In this document: positions 10,234-19,324 of the stretch, one piece after another
Numbering within the stretch: position 1 is the stretch's first letter
Layout of the letters: each line of letters opens with the position of its first letter
Origin: Alphaproteobacteria bacterium
GTDB lineage: Bacteria > Pseudomonadota > Alphaproteobacteria > UBA828
Assembly (NCBI GenBank): GCA_965214705.1
Contig: OZ243972.1
Span: forward strand, 3,840,001-3,904,000
DNA: 64,000 bases
Direction: 5' to 3'
The notes under the pieces: model-generated
Databases searched by the model: none
The model's input: only the letters and a program-made list of their open reading frames with translations
What the model was told of the DNA's origin: nothing
Position numbers and translations under genes: made by a program

Positions 10234-10274
10234 GCAGGCCGTGACCGTGGCGAGACATCCGGGTTAGTCTGGCG
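10234..10274 (+). promoter_or_regulatory. 41-bp promoter-like element, copy 1 (GTGACC-N18-TAGTCT)
   Basis: 36/41 identical to 14369-14409; lies upstream of hyuB. Confidence 0.55.
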
Positions 10275-10315
10275 CGGCGGCCCGAGTGGCCGCGCCGCGC
10301 GAGAGGGAGGAGACG

Positions 10316-12250
10316 ATGGCCAACCCTGCCGAGGTTGAGGCTTGGGAAGCGCCGGGAGAAATCGATCCCGGGACCTTCAGCGTCATCATGGGCATGTACG
10401 AGAACATCGGGCGCGAAATGATGATCACGCTCGAGCGCTCGGCCTGGACCTCGATCATCAATCTCTGCCGCGACTTCTCCGTCGGCATCGCGGACGACGC
10501 CTGCAATCTGGTCGCGGTGCCGGACACGGCGCTGCCGGTCCAGGCCATGACCATGCAGCGGATCATGAAGAGCACCGCCGAGTTCTTCGAAGGCGAGATC
10601 GAGGACGGCGACGTGCTGATGTGCAACCTCGCCTATCTCGGCAACACTCATATGGGCGAGCCGCTGCTGGCAAGCCCGGTGTTCCACGAGGGCGAGCTGA
10701 TGTTCTGGTCGATGGCGCGCGGCCATCTGGCGGACATGGGCACGCCCGCCTACGTGCCCACCTACCCCTACTCCAAGGACCTCTACAGCGAGGGGCTCAA
10801 GATCCCGCCGATCAAGCTGTTCGAGCGCGGCAAGCTGCGCAGGGACGTGCTGGAGCTCTACCTCGGCAATCTGCGCGCGCGCACCAACAGCCACGGCGAC
10901 CTGATGGCGCACGTGGCCTGCACCTGGCGCGGCAAGGAGCAGTTCGCCTCCCTGATCGAGCGTTACGGGCCGGAGACCGTGCGGCGCTACACCGCCGCGC
11001 TGCTCGACTACACCTCGCGCCGTGTCGGCGCCGATATCCGCAAGATGCGGCCCGGCACCTACTACGGCGAAGACTGGATGGACAGCAACGGCTACGGCAC
11101 CAAGAACGTGCCGGTGCGCACCAAGCTGACCGTCGAAGATGATATGTGGGTCGTCGATCTTTCCGAGTGTCCGCCGCAGATGATCGGCACGCTCAACGCC
11201 TCGCTCCATGGCGCGACGGAGGCCGCTGTCGTCGGCACACTGGCCTTTTGTGTCGATCCGAGCATCCCGAAGAACGAGGGCTTCCACCGCCACGTGGAGA
11301 TCATTTGCCCCGAAGGCACGATCTGCAGCGCGACCGCGCCGTTCTCGACCCAGCATTCGACCACGGGTGCCGCCGAGGTGGTCTACCGGGCGCTGATGCG
11401 TGCGGCCGCCGGGGCCACACCCGAGATGAGCGCGGCCGGCAGCACGTTGATCCAGTGGAGCACCTATATCGGCGTCGACGAGCGCAACGGGGATAACAAG
11501 CTTTGGGCCTATGCCAACTTCAACGAATGCGGCGGCGGTGGCGCGGCCAGCGGGGTCGATGGCAGCCCCTGCATGATGGAGATAGGAGTCGCCGGCGCCA
11601 TGACCTTTATGAGCACCGAGATGGAGGAATGGCTCTATCCGGTGCTGGTCAAGCAGCAAGAGATCAAGACCGATTCACAGGGCGCCGGCCAGTGGCGCGG
11701 CGGGCCCGGCGTGACCACCCACGTCACCGGGCACGGCTCCAGCGCGATGGACGTCTATACGGCGTGTTGGGGGCACAACAATTTGAGCCATGGGACTGTC
11801 GGCGGCAGCGGCGGAATCGGCGGCACGGTCTACGCCTTCGATCCGGCGAAGCCCGACGAGCGGCACTTCTATTCCGGTCTCGGCAAGTTCCAGCTGCCCA
11901 AGGGCTGGGAGTACGTGGTGATCGCGAGCGGGGGTGGGGGTTACGGCGACCCCTACGACCGCGATCCCGCCGCAGTGGCCGAGGACGTCCGCGACGAGAT
12001 CGTGAGCATCGAGGCGGCGCGACAGGACTATGGCATGGTGCTCGATGCCGAAACCCTCGCGGTGGACGAGGCGGCGACCGCAGCACTTCGCACCGAGCTC
12101 AAGGCGGAGCGCGGCCCCGCGCCGCTCAACTCGCCGATGGAGCCCGGCACCTCGACGCTGCGCCAGAGCCTGATGACCAACCGCGATACCTTCACCGACC
12201 TCGACCGCGACCCCGCCGAGGATTCCTCGCCCGACCTCTACGGCCGTTAG
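10316..12250 (+). CDS. hyuB: Hydantoinase B/oxoprolinase family protein (divergent)
   Basis: IDPGTFSVI, RDFS, GHLADMG, EGLKIPPIKL, DSQGAGQWRGG, SGGGGYGDP; ATG 10316 after GAGGAG. Confidence 0.85.
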   Translation: MANPAEVEAWEAPGEIDPGTFSVIMGMYENIGREMMITLERSAWTSIINLCRDFSVGIADDACNLVAVPDTALPVQAMTMQRIMKSTAEFFEGEIEDGDVLMCNLAYLGNTHMGEPLLASPVFHEGELMFWSMARGHLADMGTPAYVPTYPYSKDLYSEGLKIPPIKLFERGKLRRDVLELYLGNLRARTNSHGDLMAHVACTWRGKEQFASLIERYGPETVRRYTAALLDYTSRRVGADIRKMRPGTYYGEDWMDSNGYGTKNVPVRTKLTVEDDMWVVDLSECPPQMIGTLNASLHGATEAAVVGTLAFCVDPSIPKNEGFHRHVEIICPEGTICSATAPFSTQHSTTGAAEVVYRALMRAAAGATPEMSAAGSTLIQWSTYIGVDERNGDNKLWAYANFNECGGGGAASGVDGSPCMMEIGVAGAMTFMSTEMEEWLYPVLVKQQEIKTDSQGAGQWRGGPGVTTHVTGHGSSAMDVYTACWGHNNLSHGTVGGSGGIGGTVYAFDPAKPDERHFYSGLGKFQLPKGWEYVVIASGGGGYGDPYDRDPAAVAEDVRDEIVSIEAARQDYGMVLDAETLAVDEAATAALRTELKAERGPAPLNSPMEPGTSTLRQSLMTNRDTFTDLDRDPAEDSSPDLYGR

Positions 12251-12290
12251 CCTTACCGCGCAGCCGCGGGCGCCAAACCAGGAGCCATCC

Positions 12291-14357
12291 ATGGCCTATG
12301 TCGCCGCCATCGACATCGGCGGAACCCACACGGACTGCGTCGCGTCTGACGGGCGCGCCGTCCAGTCAGCCAAGGTGCCGACCACCGAGGACCCGACCGA
12401 TGGCGTGATCCACGGCCTGGAGATGTTGGCCGGAAAGTTCGGCACCGATCTCGCCGTGTTGCTCGGCGACTGCGACCGCTTCGTGTACGGCTCGACGACC
12501 GCTACCAACATCTTCGTCCAGCGCCGCCTGCCGAAAACAGGCCTGCTCTGCACCCACGGCCATCGTGACATTCTGTGGTTCCGGGAGGGCAACAAGCCCG
12601 ACCGCTGGAACCTGCGCACGCCGCCACCGTGGTCGCTGCTCGACCGCTACCTGCGGCGGCCGATCCGCGAGCGGATCGATCAGACCGGCGCGGCGATCGT
12701 CCCGCTGGAGGAAGAGGACGTCCGCGAGGCGGCCAGGACGCTACGCGGCGAAGGGGTCGAGGCGGTCGCCATCGCTTTCCTCTGGTCGTTCATCAACCCG
12801 GCGCACGAGCGGCGCGCCCAGGCGATCGCGCGCGAGGAGCTGGGGGACGGCGTCCCGGTGCTCGCCAGCGTCGACGTCCTGCCCGTGATCCGCGAGTGGG
12901 AGCGCACCTTCTGCACCGTGCTCAGCGCCGGGATCATGGTGGAGACCCGCGCGCATCTGGAGAGCTTCCGCGCGCGCATGAGCGAGCTCGGCCTCAAGGG
13001 TGAGCCGCTGGTGATGCAGTGCAACGGCGGCCACGCGACGATCGACGCCATCCTGCGGAACCCGCTCCCGCTTGTGGCGAGCGGCCCGGCGGGTGGCGCG
13101 CTCGCCGGCGTCTACTACGGCGAGCTGACCGACAGCGCGGACGTCATGACGATTGATACCGGCGGCACCAGCTTCGACGTGTGCGTGCTGCCGGGCCGCT
13201 CGATCCCGATCACCAGGGCCAAGCGTCTCGACACCGAGCCGATCTCCATCCCCTCGGTCGATGTCCACACCATCGGCGCGGGCGGCGGCTCGATCGCGTG
13301 GCTGGATGCGGGCGGTGCGCTCCGCGTCGGCCCGCAGAGCGCGGGCGCTAATCCGGGGCCGGCCTGCTACGGGCGGGGCGGAGCCGAGCCGACGCTCACC
13401 GATGCGTTCGTGCATCTCGGCTACATCAACCCCGACTACTTCCTGGGTGGGCGCACCGCGCTCCAGCCGGCCCTCGCCGACCGGGCCATCACGGAGAAAA
13501 TCGCCGAGCCCCTCGGCCTCGACCTTACCGGCGCCGCAGCGCGGATCGTAGAGATCATGAACAGCCGGCTCGCGGGCGCCATGCGGCTCCTCTCGGTCGA
13601 GCGCGGCATCGACCCGCGCCCCTACACGCTGCTGGTGGGCGGCGGCGCCGGGCCGCTGCAGGCCGGCACGCTCGCCAGCAGGCTTGGCATTTCCCGCGTG
13701 ATCGTACCGCGCTGGCCGGGTGTGCTCTGCGCATCGGGCCTGATGCGGGCAGACGTGACGCACAACCTGGTGCGCTCTTTCAACACCACCGCCGAGGCAG
13801 CGGATCTCGACAGGCTCTCCGCCCTCTACGACGAGATGGAGCGCGCCCTCACGCGCACGCTGGAGGAGGAGGGCATCGCGCCGGAAGACATGACGCTCAG
13901 CCGCTTCATCGATGCCCGCTACTCCGGCCAGGTCTACGAGATCGAGACGCCCGTGCCATCGGCCGAGACCCTGACGACGGACCACCTCAAGGCCATCGTC
14001 GCCGCCTTCGAGGACGCCCACGAGGTGCTCTACCACTACCGCATGGAGGGTTATCCGGCAGAGTTCGTGTCCTGCCGGGTGGAAGCGGTCGGGCGGGTGG
14101 AGGCGGTAACGCCGGAAGAGCTGCCGGTGGCCGGGCCCGATCCCTCAGCGGCGGCGAAAGCGACTCGCCGCGCTTACCTGCCCGACGACGGGCGCTTCGC
14201 GCCGGTCGAGACCTTCGACGGCGAAAGACTCGAGCCCGGCAACCGTATCGCAGGCACCGCCATCATTGAGACCGAGGGCTCGACTCTGGTGGTCTGGAAG
14301 GATCAGCGGCTGACGGTCAACCGTTACGGCGACTTCGAGATCGACATTGGCGTCTAA
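12291..14357 (+). CDS. hyuA: Hydantoinase A/oxoprolinase family ATP-binding subunit
   Basis: IDIGGTHTD, SGPAGG, DTGGTSFD, IGAGGGSIA, GPQSAGANPGPACY. Confidence 0.9.
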   Translation: MAYVAAIDIGGTHTDCVASDGRAVQSAKVPTTEDPTDGVIHGLEMLAGKFGTDLAVLLGDCDRFVYGSTTATNIFVQRRLPKTGLLCTHGHRDILWFREGNKPDRWNLRTPPPWSLLDRYLRRPIRERIDQTGAAIVPLEEEDVREAARTLRGEGVEAVAIAFLWSFINPAHERRAQAIAREELGDGVPVLASVDVLPVIREWERTFCTVLSAGIMVETRAHLESFRARMSELGLKGEPLVMQCNGGHATIDAILRNPLPLVASGPAGGALAGVYYGELTDSADVMTIDTGGTSFDVCVLPGRSIPITRAKRLDTEPISIPSVDVHTIGAGGGSIAWLDAGGALRVGPQSAGANPGPACYGRGGAEPTLTDAFVHLGYINPDYFLGGRTALQPALADRAITEKIAEPLGLDLTGAAARIVEIMNSRLAGAMRLLSVERGIDPRPYTLLVGGGAGPLQAGTLASRLGISRVIVPRWPGVLCASGLMRADVTHNLVRSFNTTAEAADLDRLSALYDEMERALTRTLEEEGIAPEDMTLSRFIDARYSGQVYEIETPVPSAETLTTDHLKAIVAAFEDAHEVLYHYRMEGYPAEFVSCRVEAVGRVEAVTPEELPVAGPDPSAAAKATRRAYLPDDGRFAPVETFDGERLEPGNRIAGTAIIETEGSTLVVWKDQRLTVNRYGDFEIDIGV

Positions 14358-14368
14358 CGGCACCGGCG

Positions 14369-14409
14369 GCAGGCCGTGACAGTGGCGAGAAATCCGGGCT
14401 AGGCTGCCG
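14369..14409 (+). promoter_or_regulatory. 41-bp promoter-like element, copy 2 (GTGACA-N18-TAGGCT)
   Basis: 36/41 identical to 10234-10274; lies upstream of an IPNS-family gene. Confidence 0.55.
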
Positions 14410-14509
14410 TATTGCCATGGCCGCCGTGCCGCCCGCGGGTCGCACCTCGGCAGCCGGGAAGCGACGGTGCGCGCGGTAGAAGGCGTGAAGCACGGCGCGA
14501 GGACCTCCC

Positions 14510-15568
14510 ATGCCGGCCAACCCACTCTCGGAAATTCCCCTGATCGACATCGGCCCCTATTTCGGGGGTAGCCGCGCCGACAAGAAGCGCGTCGCGGATG
14601 AGATCAGTCGTGCCTGCGAGCACATCGGCTTCTTCCTGGTTTCCGGCCACCAGGTGGACCCGGCGCTCATCGAAGGCGTGCAACGCGAGTCAAAGGCGTT
14701 CTTCGCCCTGCCGCTCGAGGAGAAGCTCGAAATCAAGCAGCGGAAGGAGGAAAAGGGAAGCCGGGGCTACGAACCGGTCGGCACGGAGCAGCTCTCGGCA
14801 ACGATCGGTGTGGAGACCCCGCCCGACCTCAAGGAATCCCTCTCGATCGGGCCGCTGGCGGTGCCGGACCATCCCTCCTGCCACACCGAGGAAGCGCTAC
14901 CTCTTTTCAGGTCCAACATGTGGCCTGAGAACCCGGCCACGCTTCGCCCTACCTACGAGGCGTACATCAGGGCGCTGGACCGGCTAAGCGAGCACTTGCA
15001 CCGGCTCGCCGCGATCGCGTTCGACCTGCCCGAAGACCACTTCAAGGACAAGATCGACCGGGGGTTCAGCATCCTGCGCGTGCTCAACTATCCGGATCAG
15101 CGGGAGGAGCCCGAGGAGGGTCAGCTCCGCGCGGGAGAGCATTCGGACTATGACAATCTGACCATCTGCCTGATCGAGGACAAGCCGGGCGGCCTGCAGG
15201 CGCGCGGCCCGGACGGCACCTGGGTGGACGTGCCGTTCGTCGCCGGCTCGTTCGTGGTCAATATCGGCGATTTCCTGATGCGCTGGACCAATGACCGCTG
15301 GAAGTCCACGCGGCATCGCGTGGTCAACCCGCCACTCGCCGCCGGGGAGCGCCTCTCCGCCTGCCACTTCATCATGCCCAACCACGATGCAGTGATCGAG
15401 TGCCTGCCGACCTGCCACGGGCCCGATCAGCCGGCGAAATACCCATCGATCCTCGCCGGTGACTACATGATCGAGAAATTCGAGAGCCAATCGTCCGGCG
15501 AAGAGTGGAGCGACGAGGACAGAGAGAAGTTCGGCACCGCGGATACGGAATCGCGCTTCACCCATTGA
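14510..15568 (+). CDS. Isopenicillin N synthase-family 2OG-Fe(II) dioxygenase
   Basis: IPLIDI, GFFLVSGH, HSD...H (STRHRV)...RLS. Confidence 0.9.
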   Translation: MPANPLSEIPLIDIGPYFGGSRADKKRVADEISRACEHIGFFLVSGHQVDPALIEGVQRESKAFFALPLEEKLEIKQRKEEKGSRGYEPVGTEQLSATIGVETPPDLKESLSIGPLAVPDHPSCHTEEALPLFRSNMWPENPATLRPTYEAYIRALDRLSEHLHRLAAIAFDLPEDHFKDKIDRGFSILRVLNYPDQREEPEEGQLRAGEHSDYDNLTICLIEDKPGGLQARGPDGTWVDVPFVAGSFVVNIGDFLMRWTNDRWKSTRHRVVNPPLAAGERLSACHFIMPNHDAVIECLPTCHGPDQPAKYPSILAGDYMIEKFESQSSGEEWSDEDREKFGTADTESRFTH

Positions 15569-15629
15569 CCATCGCTCAGCGCTCAAATCGGACGCCGATC
15601 GACACTCTTGAGGCTACGCGTCGGCCGGC

Positions 15630-15638
15630 ACCCAGGGC
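15630..15638. repeat. Target-site duplication, left copy (ACCCAGGGC)
   Basis: Identical to 17987-17995; abuts the left terminal IR. Confidence 0.9.
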
Positions 15639-17986
15639 CTCACACCGGTCCACAGTTGACTCAATGAGTGGTGTGGGCTACATGTCGTGCCATGCAAGTT
15701 GGCCTTCACCAGTTTCACGCCGACACGATCGAGTGGTTGAGCAAGGCGGTCCTGGAGGAGGGCCGCACTCGCAGTTCTCTTGCCCGCGATCTCTGCGCGC
15801 TTGAGGACTGGACCGGCGATCGGGGCGAGCACTGTCTTGCGTCCGCGCGCAAGGCTCTGCCGGTTCTGGCGGACAAGCTCGGGCTCGCGCTGCCGGCGGC
15901 GCGGGCGGCGTTCGGCCGGGGGCGTCGCGAGAGTGCGCCCATCGAAGCCTACCCCGACCTTTCGCTTCGCTGCCGGCTTGCGGATCTGGGCTCGGTGACA
16001 CTGGAGCCGGTCGACGGCGATGCCGAGCGGCAACTGTGGCAAGCGATGATTGCGACGCACCACCCGCAAGGCTGGGCGCGGGCTCCGGGCGGGCAGCTGC
16101 GCTACTGGGTGCGTTCCTCGCTTCACGGCCGCCTCGGCGGCATCGGGTTTTGCGCCGCGAGCTGGCACCAGAAGGCGCGCGACGACTTTATCGGCTGGTC
16201 GGCGGACGCGCGGGCTTTGAACCTGCCGCTCCTGATCAACAACCATCGCTTCCTGCTTCTGCCCGGCGTGCGCGTCCACGGTCTGGCCTCGCGGGTGCTG
16301 GAGCTGGCGGCCGGGCGCGTGGCGGCGGACTGGGAGACGGCCTACAGGGCGCGGCCGGTCCTGGCCTACAGCTATGTCGGCCCCGAGCATGCCGGCACCT
16401 GCTACCGGGCGGCGGGCTGGCGGTGCTGTTCCCAGCACACCTCGGGCCAGCCGCCGGGGTCCGCCGCCGGGGCGGCGCGGACGGTGTGGATGAAGCCGCT
16501 GGCGGCGGATTGGCAGGCCATCTTGTGCGCCGAGCCGGCCCGGGACATCCGTGCGGCGCCGGCGTTGCACATGGACGAGGACACGGACTGGGCGGGGCGG
16601 GAATATGCGCGCAGCACGCATCCTGACGGCCGGGTCCGCGATCGGATCGAGCGCATGGGACGGGCGTGGCTGGAGCGCCCGGGGGCCGCGATCCCGGCGA
16701 TCTTTCCGGCCCGGCCGGAGCGCAAGGCGGCCTACCGGCTGCTGTCGAGCGGGAAGGTGAGCATGGAGCACATCCTGGAGCCGCACCGGGCAACGATGGT
16801 GGAGCGCTGCCAGCTTGAGGACATCGTTCTCGCGATCCAGGACACCACCACGCTGAACTACGACGGGCTCAAAGCGACCGAAGGCCTCGTCGGGGTGGGC
16901 GGCGGCGGCAAGGGCACGTGCGGACTGGTGGCGCATGTGGGTCTGGCGCTCAACGCGGCCGGGCGGCCGCTCGGCGTGTTCGCCCTTGATGCGAGCTTCC
17001 GCGACGGCGACGACAGGGAAATCGAGAGTGAACGCTGGCTGCGCGGGCACGAGCGGGCGCAGGAGTTGGCCCGCGCCTGCCCTGCGACGCGGGTGGTCAC
17101 GGTCTGCGACCGGGAGGGCGACATCTGGGCGTTGCTCACCAGGGCCGCATCGCAAGGCGCGGCGCTGCTGGTGCGCGCGCGCCGGTCGGCACAGCGGCGG
17201 GTGATCCTTGAGAGCGGCGAGGAGGAGAGCGTGTGGGAGCATGTCGCCGCTCTCCCGCGCCTTGCCGGCAAGACCGTGGAGATCGGCGCCTGCGGCGGCA
17301 AGCGGGCGCGGTCCAGGCGCACGGCAACGCTGGAGCTGCGCGCCGCCAGGGTCAGTCTGGCGCCACCGCGCGACGCCGAGAGCCGGGAGCCGGTCGACAT
17401 GCTCGTCGTGTCCGCGACCGAACCCGACCCGCCCGCCGGCAAGGACCCGCTCAACTGGCTGCTGCTGAGCACCGAGGGCAGCGCCGACGCCGAGACCGCC
17501 CAGACCGTCGTCACCTGGTACGAGCGCCGATGGACCATCGAGGAGTACTTCAAGGTTCTGAAGACCGGCACCCGCGTCGAGGACCGAAAGCTCGACCACG
17601 CCGACGACCTGCGAAAGTGTGTCGCCTTCGATGCCATCACCGCCTGCCACGTCTTCGATCTCGAACGCATCGCGCGCGACAAGCCGGACACCCCGGCCAA
17701 CCACGTCGTCTCGGACGACGAAATCGCCATCCTCTACATCAGGCTGATGGCCTACGGCATGGTTCGCGCCCGTCCGCCGCCCGACAAGCCCCCGGACATC
17801 CGCACCTTCGTCATCGATGTCGCCAGGTTCGCCGGCTTCGATCCACGAAAACGGCAGCCCCTGCCGGGAACCCAACTGCTCTGGAAGGGCTACGTCTACC
17901 TGCGACACGCCACCCTCACCTACCGTGCCTTGAAGGACCTGGACATGATCAAACATGGAACTGACTCAACAGTGGGTAGTTGAGAG
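15639..17986 (+). mobile_element. IS4-family (IS50/Tn5-like) insertion sequence, 2348 bp
   Basis: Imperfect 26-bp terminal IRs (ctcacaccggtccacagttgactcaa vs rc ctctcaactacccactgttgagtcag, 18/26), 9-bp TSD, single transposase ORF whose stop lies in the right IR. Confidence 0.9.
15692..17983 (+). CDS. IS4/IS50-type DDE transposase fused to an N-terminal DUF4338/DruA-like domain
   Basis: IQDTT (D), CDREGD (D), YERRWTIEEYFKVLK (YREK), C-terminal FAGF...LLWKG; N-terminal ~290 aa with RDDFIGW, NNHRFLLLP, LASRVL, GTCYRAAGW. Confidence 0.88.
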   Translation: MQVGLHQFHADTIEWLSKAVLEEGRTRSSLARDLCALEDWTGDRGEHCLASARKALPVLADKLGLALPAARAAFGRGRRESAPIEAYPDLSLRCRLADLGSVTLEPVDGDAERQLWQAMIATHHPQGWARAPGGQLRYWVRSSLHGRLGGIGFCAASWHQKARDDFIGWSADARALNLPLLINNHRFLLLPGVRVHGLASRVLELAAGRVAADWETAYRARPVLAYSYVGPEHAGTCYRAAGWRCCSQHTSGQPPGSAAGAARTVWMKPLAADWQAILCAEPARDIRAAPALHMDEDTDWAGREYARSTHPDGRVRDRIERMGRAWLERPGAAIPAIFPARPERKAAYRLLSSGKVSMEHILEPHRATMVERCQLEDIVLAIQDTTTLNYDGLKATEGLVGVGGGGKGTCGLVAHVGLALNAAGRPLGVFALDASFRDGDDREIESERWLRGHERAQELARACPATRVVTVCDREGDIWALLTRAASQGAALLVRARRSAQRRVILESGEEESVWEHVAALPRLAGKTVEIGACGGKRARSRRTATLELRAARVSLAPPRDAESREPVDMLVVSATEPDPPAGKDPLNWLLLSTEGSADAETAQTVVTWYERRWTIEEYFKVLKTGTRVEDRKLDHADDLRKCVAFDAITACHVFDLERIARDKPDTPANHVVSDDEIAILYIRLMAYGMVRARPPPDKPPDIRTFVIDVARFAGFDPRKRQPLPGTQLLWKGYVYLRHATLTYRALKDLDMIKHGTDSTVGS

Positions 17987-18333
17987 ACCCAGGGCGGGAG
18001 CGGCGTGCCGCCACAGTAGTGGTTCTCAGCCGGGTTCTCGCGGAACACGACGTAGATGTCGGCGGCGTCGACGCCCATCGTATCGTTCAGAATTTCGGCG
18101 ATGGCATCAACCAGCGCCTTCTTGCGTTCGGGCTCGCGGCCTGGCCTCAAGTCGATCTCGACCAGGGGCACGCCATCGCCGATCTCGGCGACCACCTCGC
18201 GCACGGCGACATAGTCGTACTTGGTCTGCTTGGGCGCGAGGGTCTTGAGCACCGCCGCTTTGACTGCGGTGCGGATGGTTTCCTGCGTGCCTGCAGGCGT
18301 ACCGACGGGGACTTCGAGGCTAATGACGGGCAT
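17920..18333 (-). CDS. Tautomerase superfamily protein, C-terminus altered by the IS insertion
   Basis: Met-Pro start (catalytic Pro1), GREPERKKALVDAI, DIYVVFRE; native tail WVPADA* stranded at 15614-15638. Confidence 0.8.
   Translation of the reverse strand: MPVISLEVPVGTPAGTQETIRTAVKAAVLKTLAPKQTKYDYVAVREVVAEIGDGVPLVEIDLRPGREPERKKALVDAIAEILNDTMGVDAADIYVVFRENPAENHYCGGTPLPPWVSQLPTVESVPCLIMSRSFKAR
17987..17995. repeat. Target-site duplication, right copy (ACCCAGGGC)
   Basis: Identical to 15630-15638. Confidence 0.9.
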
Positions 18334-18386
18334 GGGCGGTGTCTCCTCTCAGATGGCGAACGGCGTGTGGCGGGGCGCCCTGCGGG

Positions 18387-19280
18387 TCACGAATCGCCGG
18401 GTACAGTGCCCTGGGGCAGGCTCTCGATATGGGCGCAGATGTCGCGCGGGCGGGTCAGCCAGATTCGGTCGCGCTGGGGCGCGATGTGCTCGAAGAAACG
18501 GCGCAGGTGGCGTATGCGGTAGGGCCGCCCCATTACGAAGGGATGGAGCGAGACCGGGAACACCAGGGGCTGCCCATCGCTCTGGGCCAGCATCTCGTCG
18601 AAGCCGTCGATCAGCATGTCCACGAACTCGCGGGCGGTGTGGCCGTACCAGACGATGCCGCGGGTGTCGTTGCACTCGACCGGGTAGGGCATTGCCAGGA
18701 TGCGGCCCACGCGCGTCGTCATCCAAATGGGCTGGTCGTCGCAAGTCCAGTCCATGAAGTAGCGATAGCCCGCCTCCTGCAGCAGGTCGGCGGTGACCGC
18801 GCTGTTCGAGAGCCAGGGGCTCATCCAGCCCGAGGGGCGGCTGCCTTCATGTCGCTCGATGGTCTCGGTGACCTCGGCGATCAGTGCAGCCTCGGACGCC
18901 TCGTCGAGGTGCTCCTGCATGTCCGAGTTGGTGATGCCGTGGCCCAGGATCTCGTGACCGCGCTGCCTGAGCGCCTCCGGGATGTCGGGGCAGTGCTCGT
19001 AGACGCCGAGGTTCAACTGGGCTTCGATGGGCACGTCGAAGGCGTCGAACAGCTCGAGCAGGCGCCAGATGCCGACCCTGTTGCCGTAGTCGCGCCATGA
19101 GAAGACGCTGTGGCTGTTGGCCTGATCCGGCGGGGCGATAGCCGCGCCCTTGCCCTCGCCGAAGCTGAACTGCTCGATGTTGACGGCGACGTAGACGGCG
19201 AGACGCGTGCCGTTCGGCCAGTCGTAGACCGGGCGGCTGGTGATGCTGGAGTAGGAGTAGCGGCCGTGGGTGCGAATCAT
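18387..19280 (-). CDS. Polysaccharide deacetylase/CE4 family, PuuE-like small-molecule amidohydrolase
   Basis: WPNGTRLAVYVAVNIE, RDYGNRVGIWR, HEILGHG, DDQP, SLHPF; start placed at ATG 19280. Confidence 0.85.
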   Translation of the reverse strand: MIRTHGRYSYSSITSRPVYDWPNGTRLAVYVAVNIEQFSFGEGKGAAIAPPDQANSHSVFSWRDYGNRVGIWRLLELFDAFDVPIEAQLNLGVYEHCPDIPEALRQRGHEILGHGITNSDMQEHLDEASEAALIAEVTETIERHEGSRPSGWMSPWLSNSAVTADLLQEAGYRYFMDWTCDDQPIWMTTRVGRILAMPYPVECNDTRGIVWYGHTAREFVDMLIDGFDEMLAQSDGQPLVFPVSLHPFVMGRPYRIRHLRRFFEHIAPQRDRIWLTRPRDICAHIESLPQGTVPGDS

Positions 19281-19301
19281 GACGGCTTGGGTCCCGCGCG
19301 C

Positions 19302-19321
19302 CGCCCCGGATAATCCCGGCT
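19302..19321 (+). repeat. 10-bp phased repeat (2 units)
   Basis: cgccccggat aatcccggct; taatcccggc is the exact reverse complement of 39564-39573. Confidence 0.35.
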
Positions 19322-19324
19322 CAC

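Noticed and set aside
15692-16560. Druantia anti-phage system
   Set aside because: Only a DruA-like domain inside an IS; no DruE helicase or other dru genes in the window.
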